Below, one piece after another: positions 1-15,205 of a DNA stretch of 64,000 bases. The stretch lies in assembly GCF_009914755.1 (NCBI RefSeq), contig NC_060926.1; one strand, given 5' to 3'. The notes beneath the pieces were generated by a model. It did no database searches and was not told where the DNA came from. It saw only the letters and a program-made list of their open reading frames with translations. Made by a program: the position numbers and the translations under genes. Numbering within the stretch: the stretch's first letter is position 1; each line of letters starts with the position of its first letter. This DNA comes from the human T2T-CHM13v2.0 reference genome, Homo sapiens.

Positions 1-108
1 CAACTTTCCTCCTTTGAGGAGTTTCTTTATAGAAGGCTTTCAAATTTCTAAATGGCATTTATAGGGTTTATCTCTTTAATTAAAAAAAAAAAAAAGAAAG
101 AAAGAAAT

Positions 109-405
109 GGCTGGGTGTGGTGGCTGATGCCTGTAATCCCAACACTTGGGAGGCAGAGATGGAAGGATCACTTGAGTCCAGAAGTTTGAGACTAACCTGG
201 ACAACACAGGGAGACCACATCTCCACAAAAAATTTTAAAAACTAGCCAGGTGTGGTAGCACACTCCTGTAGTCTTAGTTACTGAAGAGGCTGATTCAGGA
301 AGATTACTTGAGCCAGGGAGGTCAAAACCGCGGTGATCACGCCACTGCACTCCAGCCTTGGCAACAGGGCAAGACCTCGTTTCAAAAAACATAGAAACAA
401 AACAA
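109..405 (+). mobile_element. AluJ
   Basis: Dimeric Alu with J-type CACTTGAG..CCAG motifs and an A tail. Confidence 0.85.
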
Positions 406-498
406 AATTTTTAAAAAAATTACTGTAAGTTTGCTAGGGTAGATATTAACCACTGGGAAGGAAAAAAAAAAATGTTACAGAAAAACATTACAGACCCA

Positions 499-805
499 GG
501 CAGGGTGCGGTGGCTCATGTCTGTAATCTCAGCACTTTGGGAGGCCAAGGTGGGTGGATCACCTGAGGTCAGGAGTTCGAGACCAGCCTGGCCAACATGG
601 TGAAACCCTGTCTCTATTAAAAATACAAAAATTAGCTGGACGTGGTGGCACGCGTCTGTAGTCCCAGATACTCAGGGGCTGAGGCACAAGAATCGCTTGA
701 ACCCACGAGGTGGAGATTGCAGTGAGCCAAGATCACGCCACTGTACTCCAGCCTGGGTGACAGAGGGAGGCTCTGTCTCAAAATAAATAAATACATAAAA
801 ATAAA
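499..805 (+). mobile_element. AluS (Sx-like)
   Basis: Full-length Alu with TSD-like AAAACAT(T/C)A(C/T)AGACC flanks. Confidence 0.9.
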
Positions 806-1090
806 ACATCATAGACCTAGTATTAAAATCCAAGCCTCCATTCTAAATCCATTTCAAAAATCATAGGAAGTTTGCAGAACTCAAGTTAAAATGTTAAAGA
901 TGGATGTAGTTCTAATCACTGTCCATGACTCTATTCTAAAGGATTAAATGAAGGGAAAAATAAGGTTTTTATGAGATTCACTGTTAGTATGGTTTCATGT
1001 TAATTGTTTTTTTTTTTTTTTTTGGCAATCCTGTGCATAACAGACCCAAGTTAGATTTTGCAGATTTACTGTTTGAAAAGCCAATGCACT

Positions 1091-1405
1091 ATACAGTCAA
1101 GTCAGCCCTCCATATCTATGGGTTCTACATCCATGAATTCAACCAACCAGGAATAGAAAAATTATTTAACTGCATCTGTACTGAACATGTACAATTTTTT
1201 CTTGTCATTATTCCCCAAGCATACAGTATAACAATGATTTACATTGTATTAGGTATTATAGTGTAGAGATTCAAGTGTACGGGAGGATGCACATAGGTTA
1301 TATGCAAATACTATACCATGTTCCAGGGACTGGAACATCCTTGAATTCTGTCATCAGAGGGAGGTTCTGGAACTAATTTCCCATGGATACCAAGGGACAA
1401 CTGTA
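1091..1405. mobile_element. MER2-like TcMar-Tigger MITE
   Basis: TA-CAGTC...CAACTG-TA termini. Internal sequence matches my recall of MER2. Confidence 0.75.
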
Positions 1406-2613
1406 CTTGGAAACTGCCATAACCTTAAACTATGAAATTAACTCATATGAAATCCTGCAATTGAAATAAACAATTCCAGAAGAACTACTTTGCCACAGGA
1501 TTGTCTAAAATGCACATTTATTAAAATGAAGATAGCTAAGAAGCATGAATGATCACATCTTATGTTAATAACTGAACAAACACCTTCCAAGTTGCCTATT
1601 TTGAAAATTACTTTTTAGTTCAAAGTCTCATCTTAAATAACCACCCATTATGGTAATAACCACCTCCGACAGAATATTTGGCAGTGGGTTAAGCACTTTT
1701 AACACATTTGATACTTACAATAACCCTATCATGAACATATTATCAGCATTTTACAGCTAAAATTTAAAACTTGCCTACCACCCTTGCCCAAACTAAATCT
1801 CTGTCCACAGGAAAAAATTATAACTTTTTATTGCAAATATACACATTATATATAATAGCATAATAACACAAGTAGTCACACTGGTACATTCTTACATATA
1901 TGTTACTGTGCCTTAAGACAGTTTTACAAACTTTAAAGTACTACAAAACACTTGCACCCTATCATCTGTTTCCCACGACAGCCTTGTTACGGATTATCAC
2001 TACCTTATATGAGGGCTCCAGGCTCTGAGAGCTTAAGTGAAATCACTCATTTGATTCCTCATTCTTTTCCCACTACATTATCCTCCCTATGATTAAAGAA
2101 GCATTGCCGCCACAATCAGAGCATCTTTGCAATAAAAGATAAAATGTTACTAGAGAACCTAGATAAGTATTCTTCACCAGTTACATACTTCTCCAACAAG
2201 TTATTAGAGTTACTGGCCAGCAGGATATCCAGCTAGCCTCTAAGTGGTTGTTTGGGGACCAATCATAAAGTTGTATGAACAGGAGTTGTATGAATACTTT
2301 TTATTAAGCTAGTAGCTTAGCAAGGGAATCCCCTACATTCTACTTGTACTGGTCCGAAGACCAAATCCAAGGTCAATCAAAAGTACATATTATCTCCTTG
2401 GGAAAACAGAGGATGTTAGTCTTTTATGACTTAAAAGTTGTTTCTAGTAACTATCATCCGACCATACACCACACAGCCATTTGTCTCAGAGTAGGTAGTG
2501 AAGGTGGCTACTTAAATACACACATTTTTAAAAAACTGTATCCAAGTTTAGCAATATGTGTATATACCCAAGCACACAGAGACACGTTCCATAACTTGGA
2601 AAATCATCTGTAA

Positions 2614-3075
<462 letters not shown>

Positions 3076-4998
3076 GCTATCCATTTTTAAAGCCATAGAG
3101 AAAGCCCTCGAGTGTTGTGTATCATGTGCTGTGTGGAGGACTAACGGATAGGAAGAAAACTACTAAAGTAATGAATTCACTGTGGAATCAAGTTCAGTTA
3201 TTCTATGTTCACATCTACATTCCTTAAAGTAAATAACTCTCAAATTTTCTAGAAAGTAAATAATACACCTGGACTTTGAAAACCCAAAATGTCTACAAAA
3301 TCAGAATACCATTACACGTTAAAAACAAGAAAGAAAAGAAGAAAGCTGCTTCCCTGCACCTATCTGGAGAAAATCTTTGCGCTGTAAAGCTCTAAACCAC
3401 CATTACCAAAAAGTTTAACTTCTACTCCTATGCCTTACATTTCTGGCTCTTAACTTTTTAAGGGCCTGACAAACAGCTTTGCTGACAATTGTGTGTGTCA
3501 AACAGGTCTTCCAAATGACCATCAACAATTTTTTAATACATCTTGCTATGAAGTCCCAAAATTTAAAAAATATATGTTGAACTCCATCCAGCATTATCAA
3601 ACTAGTTAATCAGTCTCCCCGTACTCTTAGCAGCTAGCTGCCTAATACCAACTGTGGAAAAAGCCTAATTTTGGAAAAGGTCTAACAATTTCAAGAAAGT
3701 TACTTATACTTGTGAATATTCCAAAACTTTAAAGTTACAATACAGTCACAGAAAAACGAATCCTGAAATACACCTATGTGCACTCGACTTAAGGCCATAA
3801 TCTTATTTTCACTCAGGGTTTCTTTTCCCTATAATATCTTTACTGTAAGGCAGCTACTTCTCCCTAAATAATTTCGAAGAATTTCAAAACACTTTACTAA
3901 ATAGATTTAATCATATCTACAGAATCCTATCAACTTAAAAAGCCAATAAAATGAGTACTTATTTGCTTTCTAAAGATCCTACATTCCTAAAAGAATAAAC
4001 ACAAAGCCTCTCCCTAACACTAAACTACTCAAGTGACACTTGACCCCAACTTGGTTTTTGAAGCTATTTCTCCAGGAAGCAGAGGGAGACAAAGAGTTTC
4101 TACACAGTCAAAAATAGATGAGTCCTTTTCATTCAGTCTGTTTCTTCTCACTTTAAACACAAATCCTACCAAGCTCATTTAGTTTTTAACTCATTAATGA
4201 GTGACTCGGAGCAAATTAGCAGGTACAGGGACTGTTTTAGGCAATCATTTGCTAGGAATGGCTATCAAGTGAAGGTCTTGCTGATCCGTCCTAAAAAACA
4301 AAGGACAAAAACCTATGAGTAGCAGACAAAAGCATTTATTAAATAATAAATGGTGGGCCCTATTTCAACAACAATCTGAAGAGTATCATCTCTTCTCAAG
4401 ATACCACAGCACAACAACGTTCACAACCATAACTGAAGTATAAATTTATGTTTCTTCTAATAAGGTAAATACATAGAATATTTTGAAACTGCATCTAAAA
4501 CTCTTACCTCAAAAAAAGGAAAGAAAGAAAGAGAAAGAAAGAAAAGAACACACACTTCTTCCCCTAGGGTCCAACCAAAAGAGCGAAATTAATCCATCCG
4601 CATTCCAAAACAATTAATTACTTAAGAAATCCAACCAGCACACATCTAAGGCGAAGCTGCTTCTTTGGTAGTTTTTTATTCTACAGAGTGCTACCACTGT
4701 ACAAACAGTCAAGCGTTTTGGTTGGCAGACAATAATAAAATAAGCTTTATTTCCTTTTCTTCTTCCCTTAGCAAAACTCCAGTCTGTCATCACCTCTGAC
4801 ATGCGCCAAGAACTACCAGGAATGATGAAGTATATTTCAAATAAACTTTCCTATTAAAGTGAGTCCTTGTGGTTAACATCATACCAAAATGCTTTACATT
4901 TTATCCAGCAAAACCTTTACACACCGTAAAAAAAGAAATCTTAAGACACGAGCTCGTATCTGTATTTAATAATAAACTCTTATCTTGGCCGTACTTAC

Positions 4999-5062
4999 CA
5001 AATCGTAGGCTTTTACTATTTATAAGCCTTTGAAAAAACTTTATGCCTTTCTTAAGTACCAT
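4999..5062 (-). CDS. ATL2: Candidate alternative first coding exon of ATL2 (MVLKKGIKFFQRLINSKSLRF|G)
   Basis: ATG at 5062, 21 open codons plus 1 nt, then consensus donor TTG|GTAAGT. Same phase (1, ending in G) as canonical exon 1, so it would join exon 2 in frame. Confidence 0.72.
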
Positions 5063-5128
5063 CAAAATTTTCAATCAGGATTTCATGCGATCAATTCGCA
5101 CCACAGTGAGAGATCAAACGCTAAACTC

Positions 5129-5138
5129 CTATAAATAG
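5129..5138. promoter_or_regulatory. MEF2 consensus site overlapping a TATA-like element
   Basis: CTATAAATAG is an exact CTA(W)4TAG match, 67-76 bp upstream of the alternative ATG on the minus strand. Confidence 0.5.
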
Positions 5139-6025
5139 GGGTGTTATGAGTGAGAGGGATACACTGCGCTGCCAACGCAACTGCGTCTTCGAGGGGGCAG
5201 GGGCGCTCCTGGTACACGTACAGTAGGAGCTCACATTCAGCAAAACCAGGGAGCCAAGGATCAGGTGACTTCACACTACAGACACTTTCAGAGTGATCAG
5301 GCCTTACTATCGTCCAAGTGACTCGTAAACGGCTCATAACCCCAGTTTGACACGAAAATCTAGACTTGCACCCTAGCCACGCACAACCCGCGCGAATGGG
5401 TTCGGGAGCCGAGGAGCCCCGAAACGCGAGCCCGGGGACAGAGCCCTGGCCTGCGGACTGCGGTTCCCTCCAGGAAGGGTGTCTAAGGAGCTTTCGGACC
5501 CGGCAGCAAGGTGTCTGCTCCCCGCGCGACCTCCTCCTCCGCGGGGCCCATCATGCCCTGGCCACCCCTTCCTCCCTGTCCGCGTAAGGGACAGCGAACG
5601 CCCACCAGCTAACGGGTCGCCCCGCCGCGTCCGGAGCTCGCCGGACGGAGCGGAGCCGCAGCCGACCTCCCCGCGCCCCGGGCAGGCGGCCACGGCTCAA
5701 GGCCGCCCCCTAAGGTCGGGGCGGACACGGCGGCAGCCACGCGGCGGGCTGGCGGGCAGGGGGCCGGGCCGGTCGCAGACGCGCGCGCCACTGGTTCTCC
5801 CAGCAGCTACTGGAGCCGCGGCCCACGAGCCGCCCTTTCAGGCCGCGCGCTGCGGGAGCGCGGGGCGCGGCTGAGGCTAGGCCCGGCGGGCAGGCGCGGC
5901 GGCGGGAGGAGACCTGAACCAGCCGCGGACTCCGACCCCGCCGCCTGCGGCCGGTGCCCGCGAGCCCGAGCAGCGAGCGTCTCTCCCCATCAGGGCCCCG
6001 CGGCCTCTGCCTCGCTGGCCCGTAC

Positions 6026-6143
6026 CTAGGGAGGTCGTGGACGAGACGTGGTTAACCGCGGCGCTTGGGTCGCTGGTCCGTCGCCGGCGCCACAGCCCCT
6101 GGTGCGGTTGCTGCCCTCGCGCTGCCTCGTCCCCCTCCGCCAT
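6026..6143 (-). CDS. ATL2: Atlastin-2 coding exon 1 (aa 1-39 plus first base of codon 40); gene continues beyond the left edge of the window
   Basis: Translates to [39 protein letters not shown]|G, which I recognise as the human ATL2 N-terminus. ATG is in strong Kozak context (AAGATGG). Phase-1 donor TAG|GTACGG at 6026/6025. Lies in a CpG island. Confidence 0.95.
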
Positions 6144-6246
6144 CTTGTACCGATTTAAAATTAACTCCCCACTGACGTCAAACGCCGCCGCCGCTTTATC
6201 AACCTCCCGGGAGCCGGCGGGGTGGCCGGCGGGTCCTAGCGCCGCT

Positions 6247-6313
6247 CTCCGCCTGTATCTCCTCGCCCTCCGCCTGTATCTCCTCGCCCTCCGCCTGTAT
6301 CTCCTCGCCCTCC
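6247..6313. repeat. 21-bp minisatellite (CTCCGCCTGTATCTCCTCGCC) x3.2 at the ATL2 5'UTR/TSS region
   Basis: Three exact copies at 6247, 6268 and 6289, plus a partial CTCC. Confidence 0.95.
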
Positions 6314-7188
6314 CTCCGCCCCCGCCCCGCCCATCGCTCGCTCGCTCCGCCCTCGCCCTGCCCGCCTGCAGATCCGTCTCCCCGGCTCCAAGTTTCTGGT
6401 TGGACTGGGGCGGGGGTGTCCCTGCCGCCGCCGTCTCACACCCCCACCTCCCTGAGCTCAGCACCACACCCCCTTAGCGCTGGGCCAGGCTCTGCAAACG
6501 CAGAAGGGAGCTCCAGAGAACTAAGTCCCTCCCTCCCAATTCGCTTTACATCTCTAATCGTTGATTCGTGCGTCCTGCACGTGAGGTGGCTTTCGCACCC
6601 CTTCTCTCCTTTTCATCGCCCCCTCCTCATCACAGCCATTCCCCTCCTCTCTCCCCATCCACCCCCCAAGTTGTTGCCAGTGCCCTGCTTTTCCTCTTGA
6701 TCTTTTCTTTCCTCACCCAAGTCCCTACTGTTGCTTCCCCTCCCCCCCACCATCCTAAGGTTTGTTTGCATTCGCTCCCCATCTACTTATGAGACCTTCC
6801 CCCATCTTCTCAACTGTGTATACCCTGGCCCTGTGCTCCTAGCACCTTGCAGAGGCATGCCAGAAAGCACTCTAATCGGAAAATGAATCGTGGCAGGTTC
6901 TTACCTAATTGTGATGAACCTTCTTCTGGGGATCCAGTGACATCCAGTAGAAAGTTCAGGTCACTTTTTAAATTACAAGTCAGCCCGTGGAGGCGTCTGT
7001 GAAACATGATCCCTTTGGATTTTTACCATACTGCCAGCTGCATTAGAAATTCCTCTTCTCCAGTAAAAACAGATGTCCGGGTGTACAAACAGCTGTTTTG
7101 TCCAGGTCTTTTCATAAGTCTAAAATTCACAGCATGCACAATCTCTAGAAAAGCACTGGTGTTATTAAAGCTTTCAAAATACCATTCT

Positions 7189-7420
7189 AGGTAGGGCATG
7201 GTGGCTCACGCCTCCCGGGTTCAAGCAATTCTCTGCCTCAGCCTCCGGAGTAGCTGGGATTACAGTCCCCCGCCACCACACCCTGCTAATTTTTGTATTT
7301 TTATAGACACGGGATTTCACCATCTTGGCCAGGCTGGTCTTGAGCTACTGACCTCGTGATCCACCCGCCTCAGCCTCCCAAAGTGCTGGGATTACAGGCG
7401 TGAGCCACTGCGCCCGGCCC
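7189..7420. mobile_element. Chimeric Alu (sense 5' ~25 nt fused to an antisense Alu)
   Basis: GGTAGGGCATGGTGGCTCACGCCT joins directly to CCCGGGTTCAAGC. Confidence 0.8.
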
Positions 7421-8299
7421 ATCCAAATATATTTCAACAGAATATGGAGTTTGTCATCATTGTCACATAAATCTAGGAGAATAACTATATACGTGTTCTT
7501 GGCAATATTCTTTGAGTTACTAAGATTCTAGTTCTGGGACTTGAACCACCTCCACAATCTAAAGTACAGTTACCCTTCCCCCTCGTTCATATTGATGGCA
7601 GGATCTTTATCAACTTGTTAAGTGATATTCCTCTTACGTCCTTGTGATATATGATTTGGAGAGCTCACTTTGTCAAGACATTTTCTGTTTTATCATTGGC
7701 CTGAAAAACGTAGTATTGAAAAGGAAGAAAAAGAAGAAGCAGAAGCAGAAGAAGGAGGAGGAGGAGGAGAAGAAGGGCAAAAAAATCTTCACGAGGATTG
7801 TTCTACAAAGATTTATTTACTGTCATTTACTCACTAAAAAACATTTGCTTAGGCACATAGAAAAAAGAAACCATTTACAAACAGCACAGCATAGGCCATT
7901 TGCTAAATTAAGGTTGATACAGTCAGTGACAACAAAAAGCTACCTGAATCCTTACCAAAGTGCAGTGTTCACCTAAGCCAAATCACCCTCTATGCTTAGT
8001 ATAGGCAGTCCTTTGGAAGATATTGAATATCTTACATGTAATAAAAGACCTTATGGTTTCCCTCACTGTGCCTTCGATTTTAAGGACTTCAATTCTATCT
8101 ACTAATCTAGGCTGCTACCCCATGTGTTTCGTGTTTTGCTTTGCTTTTCTCTTTTCTTTTCTTTTTTTTTTCCTTGCCTATGTTCTTCTCTTTTTGGTGT
8201 TCTGCCTATCTTGGCTCCCAAACCCACTCTCTCCCCCATCTGTGGTTACTATGCCTGAATCAAGAGAGGTCAAACGCTTATTTAAAAAAAAAAAAAAAA

Positions 8300-8672
<373 letters not shown>

Positions 8673-8867
8673 TTAACACCACCAGCTCAAAAAAAAAAAG
8701 AATTAATTAATTAATTTTTTGCTGTCCGGAAAAAAGTCAGTGATTCCTAAGGAAAATTTTTCCTTGCCACCTCTCAGGGAGACATTCCGTCTTATAACTC
8801 TTCTATGGGAAAGCACGGGGTACTGAGAATATGAGAACTGACAAGAACTTGCCCTACAATCATTTTA

Positions 8868-9219
<352 letters not shown>

Positions 9220-10060
9220 TTAGTGGAAACCACTCACTTGCCTGGGGTGATATCAGATGGACGGGGCAAGGTTAGAGTAGAGAGAAGCCAAAGACAAATA
9301 TAAAGCAGTGTTGTCAATAGAAAAGGTGTTGGATATTGCTGAGGCTGAAATGAGATAAACTACACTCTCCGAGAATGAAAAAGGCTGTCTTTGTTGTGGG
9401 CAAACTGCATCTCTGCAGACCTTGTTATCTTTTCAGTGATGCGTTTCCTGAAAGTTTTGTTTAAGCTACACCATGCTTGCAAACTGTTGCTCCTTTTCTT
9501 GTGCAAGAATGGTTGACAGAAATGAAGAAGTTGTTTCTCTGAGACTATGTGAAATTCTGGACGCAGGCAGAGCTGCTTCAGGGCCAGGTTACAAAAAGCA
9601 GAACAGGGCTAGGAAATTTTCCTCACAGACCTGAAGCACTGGAGGTACTACAGAGCAACGAGCTTGACTCAGTCGCCAATATTCTCATGATGGACTCTGT
9701 AGGCTCCGTTCGTTGACCTGAGGGGTACAGACCATTGATTTGTCCCAGAAGTTGTACAGTGACTGTGGCTAATGAACCGATTTGCCACAGGCGAGGCTTC
9801 CTTTGGGGGAGGGGCCAGGGAGGAAATATTTTGTAGGGACAGAGGGAAATCGGAGTTCCTGCTAGAGTAGATGTGGACAAGAAAATGGACTCTAGTCTTG
9901 GCTTTATGTTTGTACTTGAAAAGTAAGTAAATAGAAGAGAATAGAATAGGGACTCTGGGTTATTGACTGGCAGAAAAATTTTATTTATATCCAAAGCTAG
10001 TGATTCAGGGTCATTGGGATAGACCTTCTAAAGGAGATTAAATTAAGAACATCAAGAATT

Positions 10061-10395
<335 letters not shown>

Positions 10396-11162
10396 CTAAT
10401 ATTTGTTGTAGGAGCCTGGACATGGGCGCATACCTCTCTGGCACAGCCATTCATGCTGATACTTGCAGGCATCTTCAAAGGCATGTATTAGCCCCATATG
10501 AAACACTGTGAGTAGATGGGTTTCTGCCTGGGTTTACTGCTTAATATTAGGTGTTCCTTTTTTTTCTAGAGCAAGGGATAGATGGCTGTCCCTTGTTAAT
10601 GCAAGAGGGAAATAATGATTCTTCCCAGCTGAATTCCTCTGCAGAGGCAATGACTTAAACTGGGATACATGAGTATCAGTAGGGCTTAGTGGAAAGAACA
10701 GCAGCTTTGAGTTCGCACCCCAGCTCTATCTACCTCTTGGTTTTATGACCAAGATCATTAACCTCTCTGACCTTCAGTTTCCTCTGCTGTAAAGTAAAGG
10801 TCTCTTCCTTGCATGTTTCATTATGATCATAGATCACGTAGATAAAGTATTTAGCCTAGTGCTGGCACATGGCAATAAATGATAGCCATCATGATTAATG
10901 CTCCAATAAAACAGCTCTTTTAAGTCTAAGAAGGGATTAAAGAGCAAGAATACCATTAGTAATAATACCTGTTCATAATTTCATTTAATCTACAAAATAC
11001 TTTGATGAGGCAAGGATTATTGACATCATCCTCACCATCAGCATTCTACAGAAACGGGGACTTTAAAATGTTACTTAATTTCTTCAAGGCCATATGACTA
11101 CTAAATTGAAGAGCTAAAATTTGAACCCCCAAATTCTGTCTGTTCTGAGAGCCCATGTTCTA

Positions 11163-11897
<735 letters not shown>

Positions 11898-12346
11898 GAG
11901 CCCATGTTCTTAACCGTGTATCTTCAGATAACACACTGGCATTGTGGCTAGGCACTGAAAACTCTACAATCACCTTCTACAGACAACTAAATAGCTAGAA
12001 GCATAGCTTCTGGATGTCCAGAAGACTGTTTTGAATAGCTGGAGAGGATGAGGTGCAGATTTAGGGCACCCATGATCAAGATAACTGGCACTGTCCTAGA
12101 TGCAACTGGTAGCTCCTACTTGAACGACTGACTACTATAGAGTTCATAGGTGTCTTGCAGTTACTAAAATGATTTAGTAGCAGGAGGAACAAAAGTTCAA
12201 ATCCAGAAACTGGACTTGTTTATGTTTGGAAAAATAGATAGATACTGGTTTTTTAATTACAATTCGCATACAAAAGAACACTGGCAGGAACTCTAGGCAC
12301 AATATAATATCCTATAGTACATTTTCAAAAATAAAAATGAAGGAGT

Positions 12347-12792
<446 letters not shown>

Positions 12793-13859
12793 CTAATGTG
12801 TTTCTCATAACTGGCCTGCCCTCAGGAATGCCTTTGAAATCAGTGGGAAATCCAGACTGCATAGAAGGAACTGTATATCTTGGCCTCTTTTAAGATTAAG
12901 ACAATATCTACATAGGCCTTATTACAGCCAACATACTGTTCTTGTAACTGGAGAGCAGCCAAATCTTTCTTTCCAACTCACACTCAAGCTAAATTCCTAA
13001 CTTCTAAAAACTGGCTGGCTGGTTGGTAGGAAGAAACACTGCACCTTGACAATGTCCTTAGAGTCACTGTCCATGTTGTAACCTATTTAATTCTTGGATT
13101 CACGGCCACTAGAGTCATTTCGTTATTATACTTTGATGGTGAAATCTGTACTCACCTCAAACACTTCCTCCTAGACTCACACCATTTCTCCCCTTCCCAA
13201 ATATTCTTGGGGTCTGTCTTCAATTATAAATGCTCAGAATACGAGTTCCATCTTTTCATTTTCCCCACAGTTCTTTGCTCAGACTCAAATATTGCATGTA
13301 ATGCCACTGCCACTTGGTCGGCCTGGCAAATATTTATCTTTCAAGCTTATCCTGATCACCCTCCAAGAAGGCGAGCTATAGTAAGACATAATAAAATGAC
13401 TGTTGTTTTAAGACATTTTGTTTTGTAACTGGAGAGCAGCCAAATATTTCCTTTCATCTCTGTAATTTGCTATAGAGCAACTGGTAACCAGAACACATAC
13501 CCTTGGTGTCATACCAATATATAAACATATATATGTGGTAAATGCATAAGCAAATACAGAGCAATAATAAACTCTGAATTCAGATAGTGCTAATCACTCT
13601 CTGTTAAAGTTACTTGTTTGCTTCTGCTGTCTAAAGCAGTGGCTCTTAATTTTTTCACATTGTTTTGTTTTACAGTGATACAAATGACAAATGGCACTCA
13701 CCAACAGGACATGTTCCATAGGTGTGCCCCAATATCCATTGGTGGCCACTGTAAATGAGACTATGCGCCATGTAGCTCCCATCAGGAACAGATTTAGTAT
13801 TTTGGGGGTCCTGAAGCTTCTACAAGTTTGAGAAATTTCTTTAAGAAAACAAATTGTGA

Positions 13860-14667
<808 letters not shown>

Positions 14668-14793
14668 TGACTCTTCATATTATGCCAATTTGGGGATATC
14701 ATTTTCTGAAGAGAGAATAGAAAGGCAATTCAGTTTTTCCTGTAGTGTAGTGAATAAAGTTTTTATTTGTCTGTGACTTAGAAAATTCTCTTT

Positions 14794-15086
14794 CAGTCTG
14801 GGTGTGATGGCTCATGCTTGTAAATCCCAGCACTTTGGGAGGCCAAGGCGGGCTAATTGCTTGAGCCCAGGAGTTCAAGACCAGCCTGGGCAACATAGAG
14901 AAACCCCATCTCTCCAAAAAAAACACAAAAATTAGCCAGGTGCGATGGTGTGCACCTGTAGTCCCTGCTACTCGGGAGGCTGAGGTGGAAGAATTACTTG
15001 AGCCAGGGAGGTTGAGGTTGCTGTGAGGCATGATCATGCCACTGCACTCCGGCATGGGTGACACAATGAGACCCTATCTCAAAAAA

Positions 15087-15087
<1 letters not shown>
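14794..15087 (+). mobile_element. AluJ whose tail seeded a microsatellite
   Basis: Alu consensus running directly into (GAAA)n. Confidence 0.85.
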
Positions 15088-15117
<30 letters not shown>

Positions 15118-15141
15118 AGAAAGAAAGAAAGAAAGAAAGGA

Positions 15142-15205
<64 letters not shown>

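Larger units (their letters stand above)
5160..6600. promoter_or_regulatory. CpG island / ATL2 promoter
   Basis: Very GC- and CpG-rich. GC boxes at ~6315-6331 and 6407-6415, palindromic CRE TGACGTCA at 6173-6180, YY1 motif CCGCCATCTT at 6137-6146, E-box CACGTG at 6578-6583. Confidence 0.9.

Noticed and set aside
2349-2360. Y RNA-like CTGGTCCGAAG
   Set aside because: The match ends after about 11 nt.
4670-4793. Intronic C/D snoRNA (GTGATGA on the minus strand at 4793-4787)
   Set aside because: No CTGA D box at a suitable distance and no terminal stem seen.
6247-6313. Direct repeats as a CRISPR-like array
   Set aside because: Head-to-tail with no spacers, in a primate genome; it is a minisatellite.
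5877-6467. 196-aa ORF as a complete protein
   Set aside because: It starts at GTG and reads through the splice donor into the intron. Only 6143-6026 is supported as coding.
6457-6480. REST/RE1 site
   Set aside because: Only the left half (TCAGCACCAC) is present; no GGACAG right half at a valid spacing.
5366-6792. Other overlapping ORFs in the CpG island
   Set aside because: Low-complexity products of stop-poor GC-rich DNA with no recognisable domain.
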